Assembly (NCBI GenBank): GCA_907165135.1
Contig: OU015568.1
Span: forward strand, 12,524,001-12,588,000
Direction of reading: 5' to 3'
Source: Oikopleura dioica
Taxonomy: Eukaryota > Animalia > Chordata
Length of the DNA stretch: 64,000 bases
Below the pieces are notes generated by a model. The model worked only from the letters and a program-made list of their open reading frames with translations. It did no database searches and was not told the origin of the DNA. Position numbers and translations under genes: made by a program. Positions 1 through 13,154 of this stretch are shown piece by piece; position 1 is the first letter of the stretch; the number at the start of each line of letters is the position of its first letter.

Positions 1-1795
1 CCCCCGAGTCTCATATTGAAGAAAACGAAATAGTTCAAGAACAATTACCAGAAGATAATACCGAAATTTTAATAAGCGAAACCTCCGAAAAACAAGAAGA
101 ACCTGAAACCGAGAGTGTTCCAGAGACAAAAGAGCTATCTCAAGAGGAAATTCTCGCCCAAGCGTTGATATCAGCAATGAAGTCAAGTGGTGGTCTTGAC
201 ATCCAGAATAGCATTCAGGCACTTTTAAATCTTCAGCAAGCAAATCAACAACCTGCGGCAGAGGAAAGCAAAGTTGAGGAAACTGTTGAGCAACCGATCG
301 AAGAGCCCGCTCCGGTAGAAAAACTCTCAGAATCAGTTGCAGAAGAGCCAACTGTTGACAAGCAAGAAGAAATTACTGAGCAGGAACCAAGTGTTGCTGA
401 TGAAGAACCAGTCGCTCAGGAGTCCTTGGAACAAGAAAACCAACCTTCAGCCATTCAACTCACTAATGAGCTTCAGCCAATCCCAGTCAATGAAGCGCCA
501 GAAGCCGCAGAAATTTCAGAAGTTCAAGAACCGAGTGAATCGGTCGCTGAGGAAGAAGCACCAGTTATATCGAGTGATGAGTCTACAGGAGAAGAAGAAC
601 CTCAAAATGAAGCTTCCGAAGTTGTTGCTGAGAATCCAGAAGTTTCAGATTTGTTGGCAAAGTCGGAACAGAAAATCGAAGGTTTTGATGGTTTATCCGA
701 AGCGCAAAAAGCTCAAATTCTTGCTTTCATTAAAAATTCTGTTTTGCCGGGCAAAGATGAGGAATCGCCAGTAATTTCTGATGAAAGAATGGAAGACGAT
801 GGAGAAAACAACGAAATCATTCCAGAGCAGATCGACGATCCTGCTGATACTGGCTTTGGCTCACCAGAAGATGTAGTCCAGCCGCCTACGATATTGAACA
901 GTCCAGCCGACATTCAACCGGAGAAAATTGACTCAAGTTTGTATGAAGAAAATACAGGAGGAAAAGTGGTCGAGTACGATGATGACGAGTACAATAATCT
1001 CAACGAGGTCGAATATGTTGAACCAGATGCTAAGGAGCTTATGAGCTGGTAAGATTTTATCTCTTTACAGACTATTACTTCAAATACTTTCTAGGGAAAA
1101 AGAAAGTAATCCAACAGAAATGCCAAAAGTTGAAAAAATGCGTACTCCTCCGCCAGCTATCTTCAAACACTACGAACAAGAACCTCAATATGACTCGTTA
1201 AAAGCTGCCGGATCACGTGACCATTACATCGATATTCAAACTGAGCTTGAGAGGTAAGTTCGTTAATTCAAGTTGTATATTCTGACTTTTCTTAGTTCTG
1301 GGGATCACTCTGAAATCATAGAAGAGATTTTCCAAGACAAACCTAACGAAATCGACTCCATCTTTGACGCACCTCCAGTCGAGCTTCCTGAGCGTTCCAA
1401 ACTTCAAGTAGAAGACTTGATTGCTCAAAAACAGGTTCGACCAATTTCAGAAAAGTTTCTTATCAAAACAAATTTCAGCAAGACTTGCATGAGGATAAAT
1501 ATAGAGCGCTGGAAAGAGAGGAAGAAGAAAACACCAAAACTTCGCATAAAGGCTGGATGGTGTTTATGATGGTCATTGGCATTTTATTTATTGCGACTAC
1601 AAGAAGAAAGGTAAATTTTTCCAGAAATTTTTGATTAATAAATGTTTCTAGGTTCGAAGATTAATGCCAGCTTCAAATCGTCAAAGGGCATCTTCATTCT
1701 CCAGCAGACAAAAAGGGCCTCTGATCGCCGAAAAGAGGGGTAAGGAGTCTTCCTCTGAAGATGAAGGAGACATTTCTGGCTTTGAGGACTTCTAG
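1..1795 (+). CDS. Acidic Glu/Pro-rich single-pass membrane protein (5' partial, multi-exon)
   Basis: Glu-rich frame open from the window edge (ORF 165..1052). GT-AG introns at about 1049-1094, 1254-1295, 1433-1480 and 1611-1651 join it to the TM segment GWMVFMMVIGILFIA and a tail ending GFEDF* (TAG 1793-1795). Confidence 0.6.
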
Positions 1796-3363
1796 GTGCC
1801 AAAAATATTTATTCTCTAAATATGAAACGTAAACGAAAAACGTATATTCTTGCAAATATAGTATTTATTCTTGAACTGAACTTGCGTAACCTTCTCTTTT
1901 TTTCTTTGAACCTTGATTGTGTTCAACCTTATTTTTAAAAAACAGGTAAGCTTGTTGAGCTCAGAACTCTTTTAATTTTACCGAAGTTTTAGCGAGCGAC
2001 GATCCTTGGGATTGGGGCAAAGGTGATTGAAGACAAATCTACCAGCCGCTGTTTTTTTATATAAATTAAACTTATTACTTGTATATTCAATACTCAATGT
2101 CCAGTTCAAATCATTTTTAGTAGCAAAGACAAAAGTCAATAAATGAAAAATATAGACAGAAAATTATTAACCTTCATTCTATTATCAAACCGGAAGTAGA
2201 CTACTAAGTAGCACAAAACCTAACTTATTCATTTTTCTTTAGTTCAGAGAGAGAGTAAGCATCGTTCCAGAATAGATTCTCAATTTGCATCATGATAACG
2301 GTATTCTTTTCTGCAGCAGCAGTCGCGCCATTTTATCAAAACAGCATTTAGACAATTAAATAATCAACAGCATCACGGAGAGAAAGAGTGCTAGAATATT
2401 TGCAGATAGTGAGACTTTGGAATAGTTGGAATTCAGGACAGACAGTGTTAGAAAATATCTCGATTGAATAAGAAACTAGAGACTTCTCATTGTCTTTCTC
2501 AATTTATAAAATCGGATTTTTCTTTTAATCCTTTTGTTGTGTGCCTTTGTATGTATTGCAAATTTCTGGCTGGAGTAAGGAAGTCCTGACGAGAGAGAAC
2601 AAGATAGTCGACTTTTCCTGCATGATTTTAAGAAAACCACAAACAGCATTGCCCGGGCATGTCACGTGCTTGAAATCCTCGGTACAATACCCCGAGCTTA
2701 GAGTCTGAGAGACAAACGATATATTGCTTGACTTGTAGACTTCTGCTTCATTTTATGAGCTAGAATTTTACACTGTTTCTAGACAGATAATATCCATGAA
2801 AATGAAATGATTCTACCATTACAAAACAAGAAATTTTCTTGACGGAATTTTCCGTCAGAGGAACGTTTACCCTCAGGGCTTGTATGTTCCTTTTATAAGA
2901 GCATTCGGGTCTGCGTCGGTCTGTTATAACCCGAGAGACTTTTGCTCCTTCCAACTTCACTTTTTATAAATTTTGATTTTAACCTTAATCTGATTAGAGA
3001 ATGCCGAGTTCGAGGAACGATCAGCTGTTACTCTCTAGCGACACGATTACCGACTCCATTGAATCTCCTGGATCCTTTGATGACGAGGTTATTTATTGAT
3101 TTCTTGAGATTTTTTAGCATGCTCATTTTATGATTTTGATATTTTAAAACGAGTTATTTACCGACTAACTGCATTAGATCATCTCGGCGCCCAGAAACGA
3201 AACCCAAATCAAAGACAAAAACCAATCAATGACCGTCATTGGTAGTTTCAGACAGCACTTTATATTAGGAACGAATATCGTTTAACAACTTCTTCAGAAA
3301 AAGTCGAAATCTTCTTCCTTAACCAGCTCTGACGGAAGTCAGTTGAATACAGCTAGACAGGAA

Positions 3364-5112
3364 ATGAGTTCATCATTGAATAAAAATGACCCAATCATTC
3401 TTGCTCGAACTTTGGTAAAGAAATGGGATAAACAGCGGGAGTTTGTTCTGACAGTTGCTGGCAGCTGTGTTGGCCTTGGAAACGTTTGGAGATTTCCATA
3501 TCTTTGCTACAAATATGGTGGCGGCGCTTTCTTCATTCCATACCTCACCTTCCTGGTTCGTTTAGGTGTAGAAAGCCTTTTATCTTTAATCCACTAGCTT
3601 CTCGCGGGAATACCAACAATGATCATGGAGATATCAATGGGCCAGTTTATGTCCCTCGGCGGAATTGAAGTTTGGAATATGATGCCAATCGCCAAAGGAA
3701 TCGGCTACGCCTGCTTGATACTCGACTTGTGGATGAATGTCTACTACATTGTCATTCTCGCCTGGGCGCTTTTCTACCTCGTTCAAGCTGCAACCGGCAA
3801 CTCGCCCTGGTCATCATGCGATAATGACTTCAATGGTCCCTGCTGCTCGTCAACTTATGGACCGAATGGAACTCTTCTCGTTCCCGAAGGATGCATTGGA
3901 GAACCACAACTGCCAGAAAGCGAGTACTGGTTCCAACGAACTCTGAACATTTCTTCCGGAATCACCGAGACAGGAAGCTTGAGATGGGAGCTAGTAAGCG
4001 CTCTGCTGGTTCTCTGGATCGTCGTCTTTTTCTGCGTCTTCAAAGGCATCAAATCAACCGGCAAAGCAGCTTACGTAACCGCTTCTTTCCCCATCGTGAT
4101 GCTTTTATTCCTCGTCGTCAGAGGAATCAGCTTGCCTGGTGCTTCTGTTGGATTGAGATATTTCATGACTCCAGATCTAGAAAAGGCGATGAATCCTGAA
4201 GTTTGGGTTATGGCTGGCAGCCAGGTTTTATTCAGCTATGTCTGCGGTCAGGGTGTTCTGAGTAGCCTTGGCAGTTTCAATAAGGTTGGTTTTCTTGAGG
4301 AATTCAGTTATTATTAGCTTTAGTATAACTACAACGTTTTCAAATGGACCTCAAGACTCTGTTTTCTTAATTGTTCTGCATCGATTCTAGCTGGCGTCGC
4401 CATTTTCAGTGTTTTGGGAAATATGTCTTTGGAAAGTGGAATACCGATGGAAAAAGTTGGACAATCTGGTCCTGGCTTGGCTTTTATTGTTTACCCAAGG
4501 GCCTTGAGTGGGCTTCCGTTTCCTCATCTCTGGTACTGTTTATTCTTTGGTATGCTGCTCATGCTAGGAATCGCGTCGGAAAGCGCAGAAGTAGAAGCTG
4601 TCTGCACAATGATCGTCGATCTGAAACAACATTGGTTCGACAAGAAATCAATTCGTCGACCCCTTTTTGTGGGCCTTAACTGCATACTCTGCTTTTTCAT
4701 GGCGATACCAATGGTGACTCAAGGAGGCATCTTCCTCTTCAATCTCTGCGATTCGTATGCTGCTTCCGGAATCGCGCTTCTGACGATCGTTATTTTTGAG
4801 ACAGTCGCGATCGGTTGGCTCTATGGAAAAGACAAGTTCTACGACGATCTTTACCACATGTTTGGAAGCAAGATGAATCCGAAAGAAAAGCCCTGGACAT
4901 ATTTCGGCTATTGCTGGAAATGGATCACTCCGGTTTTATGCGCGGTTGTTTGCGTAGCCAAAATTACAGCATGGCAAAGTCCAACTTACAAAGTCGCAAA
5001 TGAAGTTTATACTTATCCATCAGCGGGAAATGCAATTGCTATTTTCATGCTTCTCTCAAGCATAATTGCTATTCCTATTTATGCAATCAAGGAAGAGTTC
5101 TTGAAATTCTAA
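3364..5112 (+). CDS. SLC6 sodium:neurotransmitter symporter (GABA/taurine/creatine-type)
   Basis: Signature [21 protein letters not shown] and multiple TM helices. Two short GT-AG introns (about 3557-3597 and 4284-4322) join ORFs 3343, 3619 and 4414. Confidence 0.9.
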
Positions 5113-5586
5113 TGTCAAGAAAAAGCGTATATGATATACGGTATCGTTTATCAAATAGGCTACTATATTTATAGCCTAGGTTAGGGTCAGGATAAGGAGA
5201 CAGCATTTAGAATCTCGGTTAATATAATAACTCTTAAAAGGAAATCTTCACGGCTTCCAGAAAATACGGAAGTTTATCGCGTGCATGGACTATTTTAACG
5301 ACACCAGTATATCCTCAAGATCATCCATATTCTTTATCAGATTGTTCTCTCAAAAAATAAGCCATCATTTCTTTGTTTTTTTCCCTCAGTTCATTCATTT
5401 AAATCCAATAAGATCATAGGCGAACAATTTACTCTTTCCTTCAAAATAAATTCCAAACTTCCAACTGATCTTTATTATGAAAACAGATGCTGGTTTCCCA
5501 TATAAATATTTGTTTCCATCTTTGATTTGATATCAAAGAACATTGTTTACTGAGAAACATTTTGATCGTCTTCTCAAGTGAAGATC

Positions 5587-5973
5587 ATGCTCAATTTGTA
5601 TACCAACAACTCGCAACTCGACTCCTCCAGACGTTGTTTTCCAGCTGCATCCAATTTTGCAAGTCGGTTGTTTTGTGGAATCCGGAATTCCCTAAATTTT
5701 CCGCTCGAGCAGTTCAAACACGGAAGGATCACTCACTGGGTGGTGGCGCCTACTTGTGTAAGGCGAAGTCAAAAAAGCTAAGAGTCCAAAAAAGGGGATC
5801 GCACGCGCTCGCCAAAGCTCAAACAAACCTCGATTTTATTTTGCGCCCTCTATTAGGAGGAGATCCCCTTTTGCGCTCCCCATTATTTCCGAAATCCCTT
5901 TCAACCAAGAAACAAACACTTGAAAACAATTTTTACTGATTTTCGTCGAAATCGCCAAGAGAAAAAAAAATAG
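5587..5973 (+). CDS. Hypothetical 95-aa protein (2 exons)
   Basis: ATG 5587, strong donor TGT|GTAAGG at 5758, acceptor TTAG at 5856, phase 0 in frame to TAG 5971-5973. No recognised homology. Confidence 0.3.
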
Positions 5974-5989
5974 ACAGAGATAAAGAACC

Positions 5990-6437
5990 ATGAAGAAGCT
6001 TCTCTGGACCATTTTACTCCCAAATCTACAGGCAGAAGAGTCCTGTATAAAAGTAAATTTGTTATCATTGAAGATAAGTTGAGCATTTTTAGAATTTAAA
6101 TATTTTTCACGATGATATTTTGGAAGAAAGGGCTGAAGAACTTTCTAAAATCATTCAAGGAAAGAGACGAATTATTCGATTAATTTCATTATTCCAATAA
6201 ATTTTAATCCCTCCAAAAGAAAAAATGGTCGGCCATGAACCATTCCACATCAAACGGAAGAACAATATCTTAAGAGGACTAGAATTCAGTCTTCTTCGAT
6301 TGGAAAGTCTAATGAAAGAGACCGAAAATGACAGGCACCGAGTTTGGCAAGAAAAAATTAAAGCCTCCTGCAGAGCTTCCTCTTATCCGCTTTGGATCAA
6401 AGAGCATGTCAAGTTTTTTGATAAACAGCCCTCCTAA
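5990..6437 (+). CDS. Small secreted helical orphan protein (115 aa, 3 exons)
   Basis: Signal-peptide-like MKKLLWTILLPNLQA. Introns 6053-6092 (GT-AG) and 6160-6219 (GA-AG) join in frame to ORF 6225..6437. Confidence 0.5.
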
Positions 6438-6510
6438 AAAGAGAAAGTCGTCTTTTGTGGCCCCTTTGTGTGCCATTTAAATTTTCGCCTAACATTAGTG
6501 CAGGTGATCT

Positions 6511-9500
6511 GCGCTGCATTTTCTCACGGGCGTTCTTGGTGGCATCGCAAAACCAGGCTGCTTTTATAAACGCATAAGTAAATTATAATATATTAACATT
6601 CTGATTTCTGATAATGGCCTCATATCAAACTCGCGTCAAAGTTCGCACTGGGTGTTTCTTACTAACAAGGAAGGAGACATCACTACTTTGCAAAATGAAA
6701 CCCGCGTCACAGTTGGTAACTTTCGCAATTCTTCTCAGGTAATTAAAAAATACTCATTAGAAAGATATTTAATCATCGATTCCAGTTTCGATCTCCTGCC
6801 AGGCAATTCTTGGAAGAAGACATGGAAAATTTCGCCTCCCACGTCGCCTCATTTTTGTTGAAAAACTGCCCGGACTCGCAATTACGTACAGTGAAGAAAG
6901 AAACAACAACAAGCAGTACAGTCGTGTGTAACTGTAATCATGAATGTGCGGTCGATGGAAGCTGTGTTTGTTTTGATGGATTTGCGCTGAACACTGACCT
7001 GAATCTCTGTTTCAAAAAAGATGTTCAGAAGCCAACCCTCACCATTTCGGAGACAAGCGTTACTTCAGTTTCCGTGTTGATAAGACTGGCAAGTGACTTC
7101 GCCGATTACGTGGACGAAATAAGAACAAAGACTTCCCTCGACCTCGAACCCCGCAGCATCATCGCGAATTCGACCGAAATCGTTTACGAAATAAATGATG
7201 TTCAGCCTGGATCATCCTTCACTCTCTCAGTCATCTTATCCGATGAAAATGGAATAGATCTTGCTAATTCGACACTTCAAATTGACATGCCCGTACCACA
7301 ACTTTCCATGGATATTTCAGACATCACAGAAACTTCAGCGAGATTCGAATTTACATCTTCAGTACCAGCTGTCAGTTCGGACGGAAAGAGTTTCAAAATT
7401 TCAAATGTGCTTGACAAAAAGGACTCGTACGAAATTGCTCTTGAGCCGGAGCAGCGCTCATTGTCCCTCAATGGGGCCACTTATGGGCTCACTCCCTTGT
7501 CTCCGTATGACGTCGTGATTGAGGAAAAAATCGGAGATTTCATCGTTCGATACAACTCTTCCTTTACGACTTTGAATGCGACAATCATTGTTGAAGAGCA
7601 AAAATCTTCGTTTGAAAGTCTACAATTAAAATGGCGAGGATTCCAGAATGAAACGCTTTTGAAGATATCTGACAACTTCGGATATGCTAAGGAAGTCATT
7701 TCTACACAAGACAGTGTCATTATTTCAGGTAAAAAAACTCAATAAACACATTTTAACATTTATTCACCTTTCTTCTCAGGCTTGATTCCCGAGAATGAAT
7801 ACAAAATCGAGCTCTTCCAGTCGCTCAGAAGCTTCACTGCGTCTACTAACCACCCAATCATCCTCAAAACCCAGCCAATAATCTTCACCGCCGCTGTTGA
7901 AAACCTCACTGCTTTTGGCGGCGAAATAAACTTGAAAAAAGCCTTCGAAAACGACTTTGAGTTCAACTCAGTCTTCAAAAACTTGCTCCTGAATATCTCT
8001 CGTGATGATGATGGAATGTCGACAACGACTCGGTTTTACAAAATTGATGATATCGATAAGTTGTTTGTTTTGGAGGATTTGCTTCCTGAGTCCAAATATC
8101 ACCTCAACATTCGCGGAACTTTGATCAATGGAAATCGACCATACAAGTTGTCGACAATTATTTTCACCACTTCTCCTCCCGATCCAAAGTTCTTTCCGAC
8201 AATTTCTTCAGGAATGATTTCAATATTTGAAATAGAACAAAGAAAGAAATACGAAATGAAATCATGGTAAAAGATTCAATCACAATAAAATTTGAAGACA
8301 TTCAAATTTCCGGCGCGTATATCGAATCTTCTTCAACAAAACCGATGATACTCACGAATCCCGATTTCTATCGCACGCTCAGCCTGACACTAGACTTTAC
8401 GAAGAATGAGATCTTAGCAAATAATCTTCAACCAGGAACTGAATATGTTATCACTTTGCAACAGAAAGAAAGGGAAGAAATAAAACTCACTTATACGACT
8501 GAAACAATCGACACGACAACAACAACGACGACTACAACGACAGCTACCTCAACATCATCAACGACAATTGAAATCTCAAGAAAAACCCTTCTACCGATCT
8601 CGACCAACTCTCAATCAACAACGACAACGGGAAAAACAACATCAACAACACTCCCAGAAACAACAACAAAAGAAGAAATTGTGACAACAACAATGGAAAG
8701 TATCTTGGAAGATTTCATTTCCGAGACACGAGTTCAAGCCGAAACAATTCAAAAAGAATTTAAACCCGATTTTGATTTCATTGAAGTCGAAAAATCACAA
8801 ACAGACGAAGAACTTTGCAGTTCCGACGATGCTAGCTTCTTTGACTTCTGCGATGATCTTCTTGATCAAAAAAATATGCCAACGACGACCGAGGAAATGT
8901 CCAGAACTGCCAGGTTTCAAGCGAGCATATAAAATTTTTTACTCATAATTTTCAGAACACTTCCTATTGGATACTCGCCCGGAAAAGTTGAAGTCGGAAA
9001 GGTCCAGTCGTTGGCAGATGTAAGTTCGCTTGACTATTTGAAAGAAGGGTCGGGTCAGGAAGAAAGCAATGACGCCAGTGTCGTCATTTTCCTGGACGAG
9101 CTGGACCTAACAACCTCTAAACCTGCTCCTACTAAAACATCAACAACAATCGTTCCGACAACCAAAAAACAAGCGAAGGGAAAATCCCACTCTCGTAAAA
9201 ATCACCGAAAAGGTCACCTTCCCCAGCATGAACCCACCACTAAAACACCTGAGATTCAATCTGAGCCTGAGTTTTCTCCGATATCAAACTCCTTTGATTC
9301 TGACGAAAGCATGGTTGAACCAACAGTAATCCCTGTAAATATGGAAATGATTAATGCCGAGGCTGATCAAAGCATGCAAATTAATGAGGTTAGCTTCAAT
9401 GAGTAGTACTATTCTTAAACCTTTACCAAGATCAAACGAGAAAAAGAAATGATGAGTATTATCACAGCATCACTCGCTGGAGTTGGTGGATTAATCCTTG

Positions 9501-9786
9501 TGGTGTTCTTTGGACTATTGTTGGTCCATAGAATTCGAAAATCGGACCAGGGATCGTATTTTATTCCCTGGGAATCGGCTAAAACAAGTGGCGGACTCTC
9601 CTTTATCGGTAAGTCATCCAAAACCAAACAAAAATGACAGTATTTGAAGATGATTCTCGAACAAGTACAGTAACAGGAGAAGAGCTACCAGAAGCGATCA
9701 GTTCTCTGACCCCATTTTTGAACCGGAAAGGCCTGGACTTTTCGAATCCAGACACTGTCGAAGTCAAAAACTTTGATGACATTTAA
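6511..9786 (+). CDS. Type I membrane protein: EGF-like + FN3-like repeats + Thr-rich mucin stalk + TM + syndecan/4.1m-like tail (start uncertain)
   Basis: ORFs 6810, 7782, 8264, 9011 and 9449 join through short GT-AG introns. Motifs: CNCNHECAVDGSCVCFDGF, poly-Thr, EGSG, TM IITASLAGVGGLILVVFFGLLLV, then RIRKSDQGSY. Last exon ends NFDDI* at 9786. Confidence 0.7.
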
Positions 9787-10408
9787 GTAACAATTTACCT
9801 GCCTGTAAATACTGATATTCTCTGTGCCATAAGATATGTATAAAATTAAACAAACAAGTCATTTACACTATCATGTTTTTTTTTTCACATTCAAGAATAT
9901 TGTAACAAACCCAAGTAATTGAACTGATCAGGAGTAAATGGGTAAACCTCCATTATCTTCGACACACCTTCTTGGTAGTCAATCTCCAAAATATTCCTGA
10001 CTTTTTTTACTTTGTGTGAAAGGAGTAGCCACGCACAGTCTCCGATTCTACAATCAATTACATGAGAACGGTCCAAATTGACATTAACGATTTTCAGAAT
10101 GTTCTCAGAGTAGAAAATGAACGATAATACGCAGCAAATATCCTTTATTGGTCAAAGTAAGGTTTCGATGGTTCAGTACTCGTGATAAGAGTAAATACTC
10201 CAGGTGTCGTTGGACACGCCTTCCAGTGCATGAATCGTATCGCAGCTATTTGCATCTACCGAATTCTTTAGTTAGGATCACACAACTTATTGGATCATGT
10301 TCATAAAAATTGCGATTTTCAATAAGCGAAAATCATCTTTTCGCATTTTGGAAAAGAAGCAAAAGTAAAAATTCGTCTAAAATGTAGAAAAAGTCGACAT
10401 TTTAGTGA

Positions 10409-12805
10409 TCACCGAATCTCGCCAAAGAAATTCCTCCCACCGGCTCTCAGCTCTGTCAGGCTATCGGAAAAGTCGGAGCCCATGGACATTCCGCCGTCAA
10501 CGCTGCCGCCGTCCATGTTATCACCGTCCATGCTTAATTATCCCGCGATTATGGCTTCACACGTGATTGCTAGCTTACTTGTTCCACTGATCGTTCGCAA
10601 TGTCATCATCTAGCGCATCTGTATCGATGGAGTCGTCATCTCCGTCTCCATCGTCATCGTCGCTTCCGGAATCTCCTCCGCCGGAATCGTCATCTAGGGA
10701 CACTTCATCCCCACCATCAGCATCTTTAATTTTGATTTTAATTATCACGGATCCCTTTTAAAAAGAACGGAATACGACAAAGATGAAGTATTGTAAAAAT
10801 TCTGCTGATACAAGTCTCTGTATCGATTTCTCCGTTTTACCAAATCCATCATCCGACATTGCGCTGAAAAGTCTGAGTTCCTTGTCAAGTCTTGACCTAA
10901 TCGCCTACTATCCGAATTCTATTTCAGTACTGTCGCCGCCGAGAGACGGCTCGCTGTCCATCGTGCCCGCCTGCGAATTCAAATCCATCAAGTCATCAAG
11001 ATCGTCCAGTCTCTTTTTCTCAGAGCTGGAAGATGACGAATCCGAGGATTCTTCCATATCCCACAAAAGCCACCAGAGCTTTCTCTCGAGCCATGTTACG
11101 GCGACTTTTGGGGCTCAGGAGGGGTTGTTAGTGGGTGAGTTTGTTATGAATGCAAGTGGGATTACAGTGTAAGTTATTTTGTTAATTGTTTTATACGAAG
11201 AAAAATCACCGTCATCATCATCATCTGAGCCACCATCGGAGCCTTCTTCACTAGAACTTCCTCCAGAGGAAGAATCATCTGATTCATCGCCGAAACATTT
11301 TCCGCACATTTTTATCAGCCGAGTCAAGCTGAAAAAAATAATGAAGTTCAGGAACTCACGAAAACTAACGAAAAATGATTATAATGAATATAATTGTGAT
11401 TATATTTTTGACGATGATCTATAAATTGGATTTATAGCGCTTTTTACAGTACCCTGCTTTGGCAACATTGTCGCCTTTTTTCCTCTTGTGTCTAAAAAAT
11501 AAGTGCTCGTGTATTTTAACTGTGCCAAGGTGAGTAATAAAAAAACTTACGCGCTATCCTCCTCTTCCTCTTCATCCCTGAACCCAGGTTGGAGCTGGTA
11601 GACTTTTGGGACTCTTTGGGCGTGATTGAAGGAAGTCTGTCCGCCGGAATGGATCCACGTGACGACGTGTGGGGGCACATTTGGCGAGGAATTCATCAGA
11701 GTTGCGTTGGAACTGATTCGATTCGGAAGGAAATCTCTGTACGTCGGTCTGAAAAAAAAACCATAGAAATGCCGAAAGTTATAAAAAATACCTCGGTCTC
11801 ATTTTCTCTGGCGAAACTTTTTTCCTTGAAGTAACAAGTTCTAAAAACTCTGGTCGATTTTGAAGAATCGACGAAATATTTTGCAGCGCTTCGAAGTTTT
11901 GCTGCGATTTTGCCTCTGATTGAACTTCAAAATCAAAGTGTTCTTTCGCTTGGCGCACTTTATCGCCATTTCGTGCGCACTTGGCCAGGTTGCTGCTGCG
12001 AGTGGGGTTGATATTGCTCTCTTGGTGAAAGACCATAAAAAGCTTATGTGGAAGGCACCTCGGTCATATATGAAGACTAAGAGGTTAAGTGAATTGATGG
12101 AAAACCGAACCGCTTCCAACCGGGAAAACGGTCTGGGGTCTGAACCGGTCGGTCAAAAGCCGGCTAATGGGAAGACCAGTCAACTGAGTGCTGATCGCTT
12201 TTGAAAAAAAATATTCAACCCAACCTTGTTTCAACTTGCACGCCCTGAGAATTCTTCCTTGAATTTTCGTTGAAAAACATCGTGTAACCCTTGGAAAGGT
12301 TTTCTTTCGTCGACAATGCTGATTTTTCAAGTTGTTTAACTTTCTGATAATTTTCCAAAAGCTTGATTGGACAGGGCATCGACCATTTTATACTGTCACT
12401 TCATGAATTTTAATTATCAATGAACAAATTAAAATTGTAACTTACGATTTATGAAGAGAAACGTAGTAAGATGAATTCTCTGAGGTAGATCTATAATAAA
12501 CAATAACATCCATTTCAAAAATAAACAATTAAAAAAAGGATGAATGTACAATTTTGCTGAACTGCATGCGACGTAGGAAAATGATTAATTAGCGCAATCG
12601 AAATCGACTCTGATCATTTCCAAATCGCTTAAATTACCCCCTTCGAAATCAATGCAGCCTGTGACTGTATTTCACAAATATAATTAACTCAAAAATACCT
12701 GCTTGAGTTGCTCGGAAGAGCAGAAATAAAAAATACTCGTTCTTCTCTTTTCAAATTATCTGTTCTCTCGCTCGGAGTTCTTATAAATCTGGACCAGCTT
12801 TGCAT
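10409..12805 (-). CDS. Asp/Ser/Gly-rich low-complexity protein, many small exons (model approximate)
   Basis: Minus-strand exon-like segments bounded by GTAAG/GTATT donors encode DDSSSGGSSSEEGSDGGSDDDDD and DADGGDEVSLDDDSGGGDSGSDDDGD. Terminal exon ends FFGEIR* at 10409. Phases are not fully resolved. Confidence 0.35.
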
Positions 12806-13154
12806 TTTCAATAATTTAGTCAGCAAAACTCAAAGGCTTTCTGGAGCTTCTGAAAAAGCTCAACTGGCTTGCTTTTAATGCATCGAAAAGACATCTGCAC
12901 TAGTTTTCGAAGTTCGACAAGAAACGTCAATTTCTTTTTGATTAGCTAATCAATGAGCTGGCGAAGTCGGATAATCCGGCCTAATTTTCGAAACCAAAAT
13001 CTGTCTAATCGTGCGTTATACACATCAACTGCAGTAAAACATGAACACCATTTCATTTGCTTCTTTGAAGAGAAGAAATGAAATCATTTTGATTTGAAAA
13101 TATATATTTATAATAACAATAAAATAGAAATTTGAATCAGAAGATAAAATAGTT

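Noticed and set aside
8212-8273. Apparent GA-AG intron in the FN3 gene
   Set aside because: A canonical 47-nt GT-AG intron (8189-8235) joins the same frames without a stop.
9891-10270. Minus-strand 61-aa ORF and adjacent fragments
   Set aside because: No recognisable homology and no consistent exon phasing.
11920-12204. Plus-strand ORF with a signal-peptide-like N-terminus
   Set aside because: It starts at TTG, has no splice support, and overlaps a minus-strand exon; probably a shadow ORF.
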